Positions 23,901 through 35,985 of a stretch of DNA of 64,000 bases are shown piece by piece. The DNA is from Lama guanicoe (lineage: Eukaryota): assembly GCA_013239625.1 (NCBI GenBank), contig MU053431.1, forward strand, positions 1,514,485 to 1,578,484. The letters are read 5' to 3'. A program made the position numbers and the translations under genes. The notes below the pieces were generated by a model. It searched no databases, was not told the origin of the DNA, and worked only from the letters and a program-made list of their open reading frames with translations. The first letter of the stretch is position 1, and each line of letters starts with the position of its first letter.

Positions 23901-25254
23901 ACCTCTCCGGGAAGCAGCTGTAGGGGGCGCCACTCGCTTTACGCTTGCGCAGCATCACCGTGTCACAATCGGTAGCAGATGGCTGTAACGGAGCGCCTGT
24001 CCCAGAGCCCAGCTCTCGCAAGGGGCCCTGCACCCTTGGGAGGAGCTGCACGGTAGAGGCGGGTCTGTGCGGCGCCGTGTGGGGAGAAGGAAGCCCCCAT
24101 CCCCGGGCGGGCGTGCGAGCAAGGCGCGAGGCTCTCTGCTCCTTGCCCGGGGTGTTTGTCTCTGCAGGAAGAGGGTTCGGAGCCCCCAGGCTGTGGTGTG
24201 GAGTATCTGAGACTGCGCTCCCTCCCCTGGGCTGCTCTGATGCCCTTCCAGGGAGCCCAGCTTCGAGAACCGGTACCATGTCCCGAGGGCAGAGCAGCGG
24301 GGGGTGGGGGGCAAGGGCAAGGCTGAGGCTGGTGGCCGCTGCCAGCCCGGTGGAGGAGGACGTGGACCAGCTGGGAGCCCTGAGACAAGGCCTCGTTACT
24401 TAGGAGGCTGTAAGCCCAGCAGGACGGGGACCAGGAGAGCTCCCAGGCCTCTTGGCCGCTGCTCAGCCTGGAGTCCTCCCCCGACCTGGGGCTGGCACAG
24501 TCCACTGCCCAGCAGCCCAGCTCCCGGCTGCTGAAGGAGCTGGAGGCCAGCAGGCAAAGGACAAGCCTCAGTGAACCGAACGGGTATCAGGGCCCGAGGA
24601 CGGCAGGAGGCCCAGGGCAGTGGCTGCACCCCCACAGGCCAGGAGCATCCCATCCCCTCCTGGGCTGCCACCTGTCCCCAGCCCTCCAAGGGCTGCTGCC
24701 TTCAGTAGGATGGGGCCAGGTGAGTCCCAGCATTTCCAGCGTGAGGAGGGTCTGGGGACAGGTCCCTTGCTGCTCCCTAAGGAGTGGTGTCTCCTCTCCA
24801 CCTGCAGGCCCACCTGGGCCACCTCCGGGCTCTCCCCAGCTTTCAGGGCATGTGGCTCTGGGAAACCTCAGAGGCCCCCAGACTTTGGGTTGACCCCAAC
24901 CAGATGGCACTGACCCCACGCTGCCTGGCCAAGGCTGCTCCTTTGGGAGCCTTCTGACCCTGGAGCACTGGAGGGTCCACCTCTGCTGGCTGTGTGCCCA
25001 GCTCACAGGCCACACTCCCCCAGAGTGCCCACTGCAGGCCTGATCCCCGGGGGTCCTGATGCGGGCGCCTGCACACCAGAGGTGCTTTGAGACCTGGGCT
25101 GGCCAGCCCCCCAGGTCCTGGGCTATCCACAGAGGTTCCCCAAGGCTCCTTTCTCCCATTCGGATCATCGTCTTCCTGGCTGGTGTCCTGGACTGGCAGG
25201 CCTGACCCTATAAAAAGCATATGACCCCGGGATACTCTGAAATCTGGGGCTTCA

Positions 25255-25392
25255 GGGGTGGAGCACGTGCTTAGCATGCACAAGACCCTGGGCTCAATCC
25301 CTGGTGCCTCCATGTAAACAAACAAACAAACAAACAAACAAACCTAATTACCTCCCCCCTACAAAAAAAATAATTAAAAAAAAATAAAAAAA
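25255..25392 (+). mobile_element. tRNA-derived SINE (Vic-1-like, 5'-truncated) with (AAAC)7 and A tail
   Basis: GAGCACGTGCTTAGCATGCACAAGACCCTGGGCTCAATCCCTGG, (AAAC)7 25316-25343, ACCTAATTACCTCCCC tail shared with the 2308 copy. Confidence 0.85.
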
Positions 25393-27589
25393 TACATTTG
25401 AGGCTTTAGGACTCTCCACGGGGTGTTTGGTGTGATATCAATGAGCAGAGAGCCCTTGACTGGGCTGGAGTCCAGGGTCCAGCTTGGACACCCCTCTCCC
25501 ATGGCCTCTGTGTCTCCAGCTGAGTGTAGGGGACCCCCACCCTGCTGACACTGGGCTCTGTGAAGCACATCGTCAGCTGGAAGGAATCGAATCAGGCACC
25601 TTGTGGGCTGGAGCCCTTACGGTAACAGCTAGGCCCTGGGCAGCACACCCAGCCCACTGCCTCCTCCCTGGCCAAACACGGCTCTGCTTGTCTCAGGATA
25701 AAACCAGACCCAGCACTGCAGCCCACCAGGCCCCGTGGAACCTCCCAGCTACGCCCTGCCTGTCTGGTCAGTCAGCAGACCCTCCAGGCTGTCCCCATCT
25801 GTCTCATGGGGACAGTGGCTTTACTACTTCCACCCAGGACACAACAGAGCCCTTGCCCCTTTTTTCTGACCATCTGGACCTCCAGGCATCTCCCCAGAGC
25901 CAGCAGGTGTGTGCCCAGCCTGATCTATTGGGTGCGTTCATTTTATTAAACTACATCCGACCTGTGTCCTGCCTGTTTGTTTGGCCATATCCTCAGGTCT
26001 GGTGAAGAGGAGGCACCCAGAGAGTGCCCACTGCAGGCAGGAACGGCCTCCCGGACTTACCTCCTGCAGGTCCCTCCAGGTGTCAGAGGGCCCTGTGACT
26101 TGGCGAGTTTAGAGGAAGTCTCGGGGTTCCCAGGAAGAAGCCCCGCCTCTGAGCCCCGATGGTCCCAATCCTGTCCCCATCCTGTGCCCCTTCCTGGCCA
26201 AGGCTCTAGAGAGGCAGCCCCTGTTGGGGAAGCAGGGTGCAGGGAGGGGGTAGCCTGTGATGGGCCCAGATGTCTGCATCCTTGCCAGACATTACCCCTC
26301 CCTGGCTCACTAGATGCTCCCCCTGGACTCAGCTCTTGGCCTGAGGGACAAGTCTCAGCCACAAATCTCGGGCCCCAGCCTCAGGGAATGGTGTGGGTGA
26401 GGTAAGTGGTCCTGGGAACCCCAGGGTGGGGGCCTGGGACCTCCCTGGAGACCCAGCCATCCCCAGGGAGTAAAGGGAGGGGCTGCTGCAGTAATGAGAT
26501 GGCTCTTAGGACTCCAGACCCGGGTGTCCCCCAGCAGCCTGCTGGGGTGTGAAGTTGGGGGTCCAGCCTTCTGATCTCAGATCTGTGGGGAGCACATGGG
26601 GGACCTCAGAAGAAGGCAGTGACCACTGAGTTTACCTTGGTCGCTGCATCCTCCACACAGGACTGCGGCGTCCTCATCTGATGTCTGTGGAGCCGACGTC
26701 TCCACAGTGGCACTTTTTTATCCTATTTGACCTTTGGCCCTCAGGGCTCCCCAACCCCCACCATCAACTCCTCACCACCTCTCTGCTCTGTACTTCACAA
26801 TGGGCAGCCCTGGGGGAGTCAACTGAGGGGCAGGGGTGCCCAGCATGGAGGGAGGGGGTGGCATCCTGGGACCTGGCTTGCCCCTGCCCTCCTCCTTCAC
26901 TGGACTGATGCCCAGCAGGCCCCTTCCCCCGCCTCCATCCCTGGGGACCTGGCCAAGCTCTGGCTCCCCTGGGGCGTGGGGCGGGGGCGAGGGCTCTGCA
27001 GCTTCTGCAAGAAGTGCCCGCGGACGGCCTTATATGGCCAGGAGGCCTCACTGCCCGGGAGGAATCCGATCCCACGGGCAGGGCAGGGCAGGGCAGGGCC
27101 GGGGCTGCGGCGCCCAACCGCTGGGAGTGGCTGCAAGGCGCCCCCACTCCTGGGCGCACAGCCCTCTAAGGGGAGCCACATTAGCCCGAGCCCCTCAGCA
27201 GCTCTGGGACACCCGGTCAGGGGCCCTGCGGCAGAGGGGCTCACTGGCAGCTCCTGGTGGGGCAGGCAGGCTCCCTTGAGCCCTGTGGGTCTGTCACCCT
27301 GGCAGGAGCAGCAAGACTGCAGGTCAGCCTGCCCCTCCCGGCACCACAGGAACCACACCAGGTATGGCCCCCCTACTCCGTGCCTGCGGGGCCGAGGTCC
27401 AGCAGCCCCTGCTCAGGCCTTGACCGGCCGGGCCTGCTGGCCCTCAGCACGTGGCCTCCACCCCTGGGCAGGCCTGGCCTGGCATCAGCCGCTCCCTCAG
27501 AGCAGCACCCCTCCATAGCCAGGCCAGGGGCCTCCCGTGCTGCCTCACCCTCCCTGGCCCTCCCCCTTGCCCTCCGTCGCCCTCCCCTG

Positions 27590-27760
27590 TCTCCCAACTC
27601 TCCCTCTCTGGGCTGTCACTCTCCGGCTGCTCTCCCTGTCTCTGTCTCTGTGTTTCTGTGTCTTTCTGTCTCCCTGTCTCTTTCTGTCTCTACTTCCCTG
27701 TCTCTCTCTCACCTCTGTCTCTCTCTCTCTGCCTCTGCCTCTCTCTCTCTGTCTCTCCCC
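27590..27760. repeat. (TC)/(TCTG)-rich pyrimidine tract
   Basis: TCTCCCTGTCTCTGTCTCTG..CTCTCTCTCTGTCTCTCCCC. Confidence 0.85.
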
Positions 27761-28559
27761 ACACCTGCTGCCCTGGGTGTGCCGAGCCCTGCTCCTCGGG
27801 GAGCCCTGGGCACTGTCCCCACGTCTGGCCTCAGAGCACCGCCAGCACCTCGCTGACCCTTGGAGAAGGGATCTGTTTCTGATACGGAGGCAGCCGTGGT
27901 GGTGGCAGAGCCACTTCCTACCTGCCAGGGCTGTCTGCCCCAGGAAGGGTAGGGGCCCTACACAGAGAGGTGTCGACAGCTGTCTGTTCAGGGTGGGCTC
28001 CGACAGGACACAGCAGAGGGACAAGGGCTATCAGGCGGCTGGGCCGGGTTGGGCAGGAGGCCTGGGGCATCACCTGCCCTGTGCATCCTCTGCAGGTCAG
28101 CCCAGCTCTCCCCCTGGGCTGGCAGGAGCAGGAGGGGACGGGGTGGGGCCCTCAGGAGACCTGGCCTGGATGCTGGCCCAGCGCTGAGACTCACCCCGCT
28201 GGGGCCCCGGCTGTGGTGAGGGGTTTCTCTTCTGTCACCTCAGGTGGCTTTTCAGAGGCAAACTGTGCAGTTGCCCCTGCGGGAAACTCTTCAGCCCTCC
28301 AGCAGCCTCAAGACTGGAGGGCCCGTCCCTGCCCCTGGCCCCACCTGGCCCCACCTGCAGCAGCCGCTTGCTCCTTGTAGCCCTCAGCACTCCAGCTTCA
28401 CTGGCCTCCTTACAAACACTAAGTGCCCCCTCACACCGCAGGGACTTTGCACAAGCCGAGCCACACCTTCCACGAGGAATTTTCTCCCACCTCGCACTCC
28501 GTAGGCACACCCTGCAGACCCCAGCTCTGGAGGCCCCAGGGGCCCCTAGTCTGCTGTAT

Positions 28560-28720
28560 GTTTTTCCTTCATTCATTCAACAACTATTTAAAATTCTCAT
28601 TTATTTCATTTAATCTTATTTTATTATTTATTGTGCATCCCAGGCCCTGTGCTGAGCAGGTGCTGGGCAATCGTGGCTGGACCCTGGGACCCCTGTGCCC
28701 TGTCGCCTTCACACTGGCCA
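28560..28720 (-). mobile_element. L2 3' end with AT-rich tract
   Basis: TTCATTCATTCAACAACTATTTA..GTGCTGAGCAGGTGCTGGG. Confidence 0.5.
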
Positions 28721-31700
28721 GGAGGCCCCGGGTGGGGACAGGCAGGCTGAAAGGAGAGGGCTCAGTGTCTAGACCCAGTGTCCCTCTTGGGCAGCCTGAG
28801 AGCCACAGCTTCCTCTCTGGCTGCTGAGCAGAGTGAAAACACCAGGCAGTGACAAGTGTGGGCGAGGACGTGGGAAGTCGGGCCCCCCCCCCCCGCTGCT
28901 GGAGAAGCCAGGGTGATGCTTCCTCAAAGATGGAACACAGCATCCCCAGGGCTCCCGCTCCCAGGCTCCCAGCGCGCGAACCCTGTCTGTGGCAGCATTG
29001 TCCGTAACAGCCGAAGGGCGGAAGCAGCTCAGCAGTCTGTCAGCGGGTGAAGGGTTGAGCCAGCACACAGTGGCGTGTTAGCTGAAAAGAGGCTCGCCGC
29101 CCGCACCTGCCACAACACGCGCGAGCCTGGGCGGCGGGCTCTCTGCAGAGGCTGCGGGGACCAGGAGCCAGCAGCTCGGGCTGCACCTGGGCCGCTGGCC
29201 TCCCAGGTGTGGAGGGGCAGGTCACAGACGCGTTCGGGCGCAGCTCAGGCGGGAGCGGTGCCCGGCGGTGGAGACGTGGAGGCGCCCGTGGCGCTGCTTT
29301 CCCGCTGGCCCTGGGCTTTCTGTGAGCACCACGGAGGCAGAGGCCTGTGTTTAGGGCCACGGTGAACCCAAGACACCCAGCCCTAAGCAGGAGACTGACT
29401 CCGCCTGGAGCGAGACACCACGGGCCCCGCCCACCCTGCCTCTGCCTAGGGCCCTGGGCCCCTGGGTCACACGCAGCTCAGCCTGTAGGCTCCTGCCTCG
29501 GAGGCCTGAGGGTGAAGCCCGCTCGGGCACCAGGCCTCACCCCGGCCCGCCCCACACTGGGGGTTTCCCCAGGGTCCCCAGTGTTTCAGATACAAGTGAC
29601 ACCCCAACCACTTCCACCTACTTCACCCCAATTTCTTAACAAGAGGCCTTGAAAATACAGAAGTGTTCGGGGCACCACCCGTGCTGTGCCCAGTCCTCAC
29701 CCGGCCTGTCCCTGCAGCTCTGCTCTGGCTGGAAGGGAAGACGGGGTGGGCCAGCTGAGGTGGGGATCCCCTCCAGGATCCCTGCTGGGGCCTCCCCTCT
29801 GCCCTGTGGAAAAGCAGGGGTGGTGGGTGGGCTGAGATCCAGGTCTCTGTTTGCCTGAGTTTCAACGTTTACAAAACATTTGTCCCTTGGCTCTCCTGGG
29901 GAAATATTTCCTAGAGGAATGTAAACACACAAGACTGGACGGTTCGCCGTCGGGGGTTGGTGGGAGGGTCTCCTGGGAGCCATCTCCTTCTCGAAGGGGG
30001 TCTGGGGGTCTGAGCCTGGTCCTCTAGGAAGTGCTACTGAGGGAGGCGGAGGCCCGGAGCTGAGAGCCGCCCCTCTCTTGGAGCCCAGCCTCCTGCTGCC
30101 TCTCGCCTCCAGGCTTGCTCTGTGGCCTCAGGTTGGAGGCACAACCTCTCTGGACCCCTGAGCTGAAGGGGCTGATGGTGACTTCCTGCCTCGTCCCCGG
30201 CCCCAGCACCGCAGCGCCACTGTGCCTCCCGGGGCCACATGCCCAGTGGGTCTTTAAGGAGCTGCTGTTTCTGGTGCCTTGTGCCCAGCGCTGGGCAGGC
30301 CCCTCACCTGATGTTCACAAAAGCCCAGCTTACAGACTGGAGACTGGGGATCAGAAAGGCCGTGTGGACTCCTCTGTCCCCAGCACTATGACCCCGAGGC
30401 GACACGGCCCCACCAGCCAGGGGTCTTCAGGGGTCAGGAGGTTCTGCCTGCTGCCCACGCTGGGCTGGTAAGTCCAGACCTTATCTGCAGGGTGCTCATT
30501 CCCCCTCCTGACAGGTTACTCCTGGCTGGACGTGCGCCCACATGCTTGCTCTCCCGCGATGGCTGACCCTGAGCGTCCTCAGCAAGGCCCTGTGGCCCCA
30601 GCCTTGGGCAGCTGAGTGGGGCAGAGTCCGCACAAAGGTTATCTGGGTCCCGCAGGAGGCTGGCGCAGGCTGCCTTCAGGGCCTCCCCGTATCTCCACCA
30701 GGAATGCACCAAGACCCCAGCCCCTGCCCACCTCCAGGGGGAGGAATGTGGCAGCGGCTCCTGGGAGCTAGGAGCCTGGGAGGGGGGTGGTGAGGAGGCC
30801 TTGGCCTTCTGGAATTCCGCAGGCCTGGCACCAGATCCCTGCCTGCTCTCCCTCCCCCACCGCAGAGCCAGCGCCTGGTCCTCCTCTTCTCTGGCTGCCG
30901 GGGCACTGGGATGACCAGCATGAAGGGACGGACCTTCCAGGCCTGCGCGACAACGTCTCCTCCTCGGAGAGGCCTTCCCTGACCACCCGACCCACAGCCC
31001 CTTCAGATGGGCCATCGCCCTTCAAAGCTCTGGACCGACGCAGTCAGCATTCTGGGCGGATGTCTCCCTGCGGGGCTGGCTTGGGCACTGAGGGGCGCCA
31101 ACCAGCACCCCTGGTCTCCACCCTCTAGTGGCCAGTAGCGCCCTCTTCTCCCCTGTCATGACAGCCAGTGCTGCCATGTGTCCTCAGGGAACCCACCTGG
31201 ATTCCATCCACTACCCCAGACCTTCCCGAGATGAGATGCTGATTGGCTTATTGCCCTGGCCAGGAGCTCCCTGGGGTCAGGCATCAGGGGTCCTGCACAC
31301 CTTGGGGCCTGATGCCCACCGGGGCCCAGGATGGCCTCTGGCCCCACACAGCCACCTGCCCGAGGTCATAGCAAATGGGGGGCAATGGCATCTCCTGGCT
31401 GGGCCCTGCCGTACATCCCGGGGCCTCAGAGTCCCAGAGCGCCTGCAGAGCTGGGCGCTGGGGGGCGGGGGAGGAGCTGGGGGCCAGGTTGCACCGACAA
31501 GCCCGGGCCAGGCCCACCCCCGGGGGCGGGAATTTGGATTCCAATCGCTTTCCAGGCCAGACCAACCTCTGCCTCTGGGCAGGTTTCTGCAGCTGCCTGG
31601 TGCGTGGAGGCTGCCCGAGAGCAGGCCCTGTCACCACCCAGCACCCGAGGTCCCTCCCTAGTTCCTCCCAGGCTCCACGCTGGCGTCCCCGGGCACAGAG

Positions 31701-34700
31701 AGGAGACGGGGGTTTCCGAACGTGTCCACGACTGAAATCCCACCGTGAACCCTCCGAGGGGCTCAGCACGGGGTGGGGGCGCCTCTCCTCCCACACAGGG
31801 CCCCTCCTGCACTGTGTCTCCCTCTCTACCCAGAGCCCAGGGCTGGGCTCAGACCCCGCCCTGCGCCCCGACTCCCCTGGGAGCCACTTCCTCTCCCTTG
31901 GCATCAGTTTCCCGCCCTGTAAAGGGACTTGTAACTGGACTGCCCCACGTTGCCATGGGGCCTCCGTGGGGCCTGGGCCAGGCCGGGCCAGTGGTCAGGA
32001 CACTCCCGAGGGGGCAGCAACCCTCAGGCCCAGCTCCCAGGCAGGAAGAGCGAGCCCGCTGAGGAAGAACCCGCTGGCAACTCTGTGGTTCCCTGCATGC
32101 GGCCGCGTGGCGGCAGGCGCTGGGGTGCCCGGTCCTGCGTGGGTCGGTGGCTCGCTGATTCACACCTGCCGCCTGCTCCTCCACGGGCAGGAAGAGCGGG
32201 TCCAAGGGCGACTCCTGGACAGACAGGCCGGCAGACCAGCGAGAACAGAGCAGAGGGGAGGTGGGGAGGGCGGCCTTCCCCTGCTGGGGCCTGGACCTGG
32301 GTCTGGCCCCGGGTGCAGACAAGATGCAGCCTTTGCTCAGGCCCCTGGCTGCCCTCCACCTGATGGGCCCTCACCACATCCAGGGGGACTGGGAACAGCT
32401 TCAACTTCCTGATGCAGAAACAGAGGTGCAGACAGGAGGGGGCCTGGGCCGGGGGTCGGCCCTGGAAACCGGGCCTGTCCCGCCCCGAGGCCTGTACCTC
32501 CACGGACTGTGTGGCCCTGCCTGGACATGGAGGGGCCTGGGTCGGAGGTCAGCCTGGGGACCGGCCCTAGCGTGTGCTGCTAGCGGGCCTGGCCCGGGGT
32601 GACGGGGCCCTGCTGCCTGTGCCCTACAGCTTCTGCCTTTGAACCTGAAGCTCCACCCGGTTCGGCTGAATGTCCTGGCCTCTGGCCAGCGTGGTGAGCC
32701 CTCACTGTGTGCACTGGGACGGGACAGCTGGACGCTGTGTGCCTGGGGCGGAAGTGCCTCCTTTCCTGCCACTTGGCTCAGTCCTTGCCGCCAGGCCCCA
32801 CGGGAGGGGTGGGGCCGGGAGACGGAAAGCTCTTGGGTGCGTCCAGCCCCACAGTCCTCTCTGCTGGGTGCCAGCTGGCCGTCCACCTGGACTTGGGGCA
32901 CAGGCCCGGCCTGGAGTGCCTTCACCTGGAACCGGGGCCGGGGCCCACAAGAGCCTCCCGGGAGCCAGGCGGGGAAGGGGCCGCCCTGCCCGCCAGGGCG
33001 AGTGCGGACGGAAAACCCTGCAGGTGAAACTCTACGGTTTGCGCTCCTCGTTGCGTGTCGGTTACACCTCAGTGAAAAAATCTAGTACAGGAAAACAAAT
33101 AAAATTAAGTGACAAAATAAAGTAAAATAGAACAGGACATGACGCTGGCCAGATGCCCACAGACTCCCTGTGACTGTGGCAGCTGTGAGTGACACCCGAG
33201 GCTCTCCCTACACCCCAGGTCATAAGGCCTGACCCGGTGTCGGGGCTGCATGCTCGCTGTGACGTGCCCTGAGCCCCACGGACCCCTGAGGCCAGAGGAC
33301 GGTCTGGGGACTCGGCGGAGGCTCCCTGAGGCCCTCATGCTCCCTGCCCCCCAGGAGCCTGTCTGAGGCTGGGACTCTGAGAACGGAGGGCAGGCAGGCG
33401 GGGCCGGTGGCCACAGCTCCTGCCCGGGGCTGCACAGGGAGAAGCTTGTCCCTTGGCCCTGACCTGCGGCTCACCCTGGGCCTGCGCCCAGGCCCGGAAG
33501 GAGGGCTTCCTGGTTTTGGGGCTGGTTCCCTTCCACACACAACGCGTTTCAGGCTGACCTGGCCCCACCTGGCCCAGAAACAGCAGCTCTGGGGGCACGG
33601 GGGCCCTCCCGGAAGGTGCCTCAGCACACATCGGAGAGCCTCGACTACCTATCTGTGAGGTGGCCCACGGACGGTGCTGGGGAATGGGCAGGGGATGCGG
33701 CACCCAGGCCCAACCTACGCCACTGCCACCGTCACCTGCCTGGGCAACCTGAACGAGGACCTGTGTGACATGGGCGGTTATGGTGCAGCGGCCGGAGTCA
33801 CCTGCCCAGGATTCAGATCTACAGCTGTGGGATGGAGGTGACACATGACCACAACGGTGATGGTGAGGGTGGTAGCGACACTGATGGCGACGGTGGTGAT
33901 GGAGTGTTGATGGGGGTGCCGGTGGCAGAGGGAGAGTGAAAACTCAGCCTGTAACCCTGATGTGACGTTGGAAGTCACAGTCATCTAGAGCACCTGGGGT
34001 GGGGGTGGTGAGTGGGAACAGGTGCATGTTCTGAGGGAGACGTGGAGGCGCCCAGGGACCCTGCTGAACAGGTGCTGCTCTGAGCCCCTGGGAGCTGCCC
34101 TGGGATCTGCAAAAAGGGCTCAGCCTGACAGAGTCTGCAAGTACCACGTCCTCCTGTCCCCGACTCCCTTCAACCCACCAGCTTCTGGCCCTTCCCCAAC
34201 CTGGAGACCCCACAGAAAGCTCAGTAAGCCGCTTACCCCTTGGGTGAGGGGCCAGGTGCCTGAGGGAGGTGGCCAGCCCCTTCCCCCCCAGCAGAAAAGT
34301 AGGCAGGGAGCAGGCAGGTGAGACTCTGCCCTTGGGCCCCTGGCAGGGCTGCGTGTAGGGCCAGGTGCAGCTCTCGGGTGCCCCGTTGTGGCCGCTGGGG
34401 GCAGTACAGTCGGGATATGGGGACAATTCTCCCCAGGTTCCCGACATCTGGCAGCCTGGGGCTCCAGTCTGAGCAGCTGCCCCCAACCCCACCCCGACTT
34501 CAGATGCTGGAAGGTGCTGCTGATGCAAGGCCTACCTCAGGGAACACTTGCTCCTCTGCCTGTGGGATCTGGGACTTCGGACAGCAGGGTTTCTTGAAGA
34601 GGGGCTCATCCAGATTTCATGAGCTGGAGGGTGAAGCACCGAGTTTCCCTTCGAAGAACTTGCCTTGGGACCCTGCCCCAGGAGAGAGGAGACCGTGAAG

Positions 34701-34754
34701 CCTTGTGTGTGCGCCTGGGTGAATGTGTCCAACAGCCTTAAAGAACATGAGGCT

Positions 34755-35985
34755 TTTTTTCAGTGATAGAGTACATCCTGACCATCTGTAAGTGTGCAGC
34801 TCAGTGGTGGTAAACTTTCATAGCGTTGTGCAGCCATCACCGCCACTCATCTCCAGGACTTCCTCATCTTGTAAGACTGGAACCCTGTACCCACTGAACA
34901 CTAACTCCCCATTCCTGTTCCCCCAGCCCAACCACCACCGTCCTACTTTCTATCTGAATCTGACTATTCTAGGTACCTCCTAGAAGCCGAACTTTACAGT
35001 ATTCGCCTTTTTGTGGCTGGTTTATTTCACTTGGCATAATGTCCTCAAGGTTCGCCCCACATGCATGTGCTACAATCTCCTTTTTATAGATGAGTAATAT
35101 TCCATCGGGTGTATAGGCCACATTTTGCTCACCCATTCATCCACCAAGAGACACTTGGGCTGCTTCCCTCCTGGCTATAGTGAATGCTGCTGCTGTGAGC
35201 GTGGTGTGCAAGTATTTCTTCAAGACACTGCTTTCAGTTAGCTCGGGTAAACACCCAGAAGTGGAATTGCTGGATCCTGCAGTAGCTGTACTTTTAATTA
35301 TCTTGAGGAACCACCATACTGTTCTCCACAACAGGTGCACCATTTTATACTTCTACCAGCAGCGCACAAGGGTTCCTCATCATGTTTTTGTTTGTTAGAA
35401 TTATAGTAGCCATCCTGATGGGTGTGTGGTGTCTCCAAGTTTTGATTTGCATATCCCTGATTTGTGGACGATAAGCATCTTTAAATGCGCTTTTTGGCCA
35501 TTTGTGTATCTCCTGTAGCGACATGTCTTAGTGTCTTTTGCTCACTTTCAAATTAGGGTTTTTTTGTTGTTTAGTTTTAAGAGTTCTATGATTTATAAAT
35601 ATTTTCTCCCACTCTGTGGGTTGTCTTTTTACTGTTGATGGTGTCTTTTTGACACACACATTTAAAATTTTCTTTTAAGTCCAACCTGTCTTTTTTGTTA
35701 TTGTCTGTGCCTTTGGTCTCACGTGCAAGAAATCACTGCCAAAGCCGATGTCATGAAGGTTGTGCCCTGTTTTCTTCTCAGTTTTATAGTTTTTGGTTTT
35801 ACATTCATGTCCTTGATCTATTTTGAATTAATTTTCACACGGTGTGAAGTGACGGTCCAGTTCATTCTTTTACGTGTGGGTTTCTAGGTTGCCCAGCACA
35901 TTTGTTGACGTGATAGCCCTTCCCCCTTAAATGGACTTGGCACCCTTGCCAAAAATCATTTGGCCACATACAAAAGGGGTTTTGT
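34755..35985 (-). mobile_element. L1MB-like LINE 3' fragment (~1.2 kb)
   Basis: AT-rich; TTGTGCAGCCATCACC, TTTATTTCACTTGGCATAATGTCCTCAAGGTTC, GAAGTGGAATTGCTGGATC, TAGTAGCCATCCTGATGGGTGTG, TTGGCACCCTTGCCAAAAATCATTTG. Confidence 0.85.

Noticed and set aside
25209-25216. TATAAAAA box (also TATAAAAG at ~53912)
   Set aside because: Isolated, with no downstream exon, initiator or CpG-island support.
35137-35398. ORFs MVHLLWRTVWWFLK.. and MNAAAVSVVCK..
   Set aside because: Translations of the L1 ORF2 C-terminal/3' relic, not host genes.
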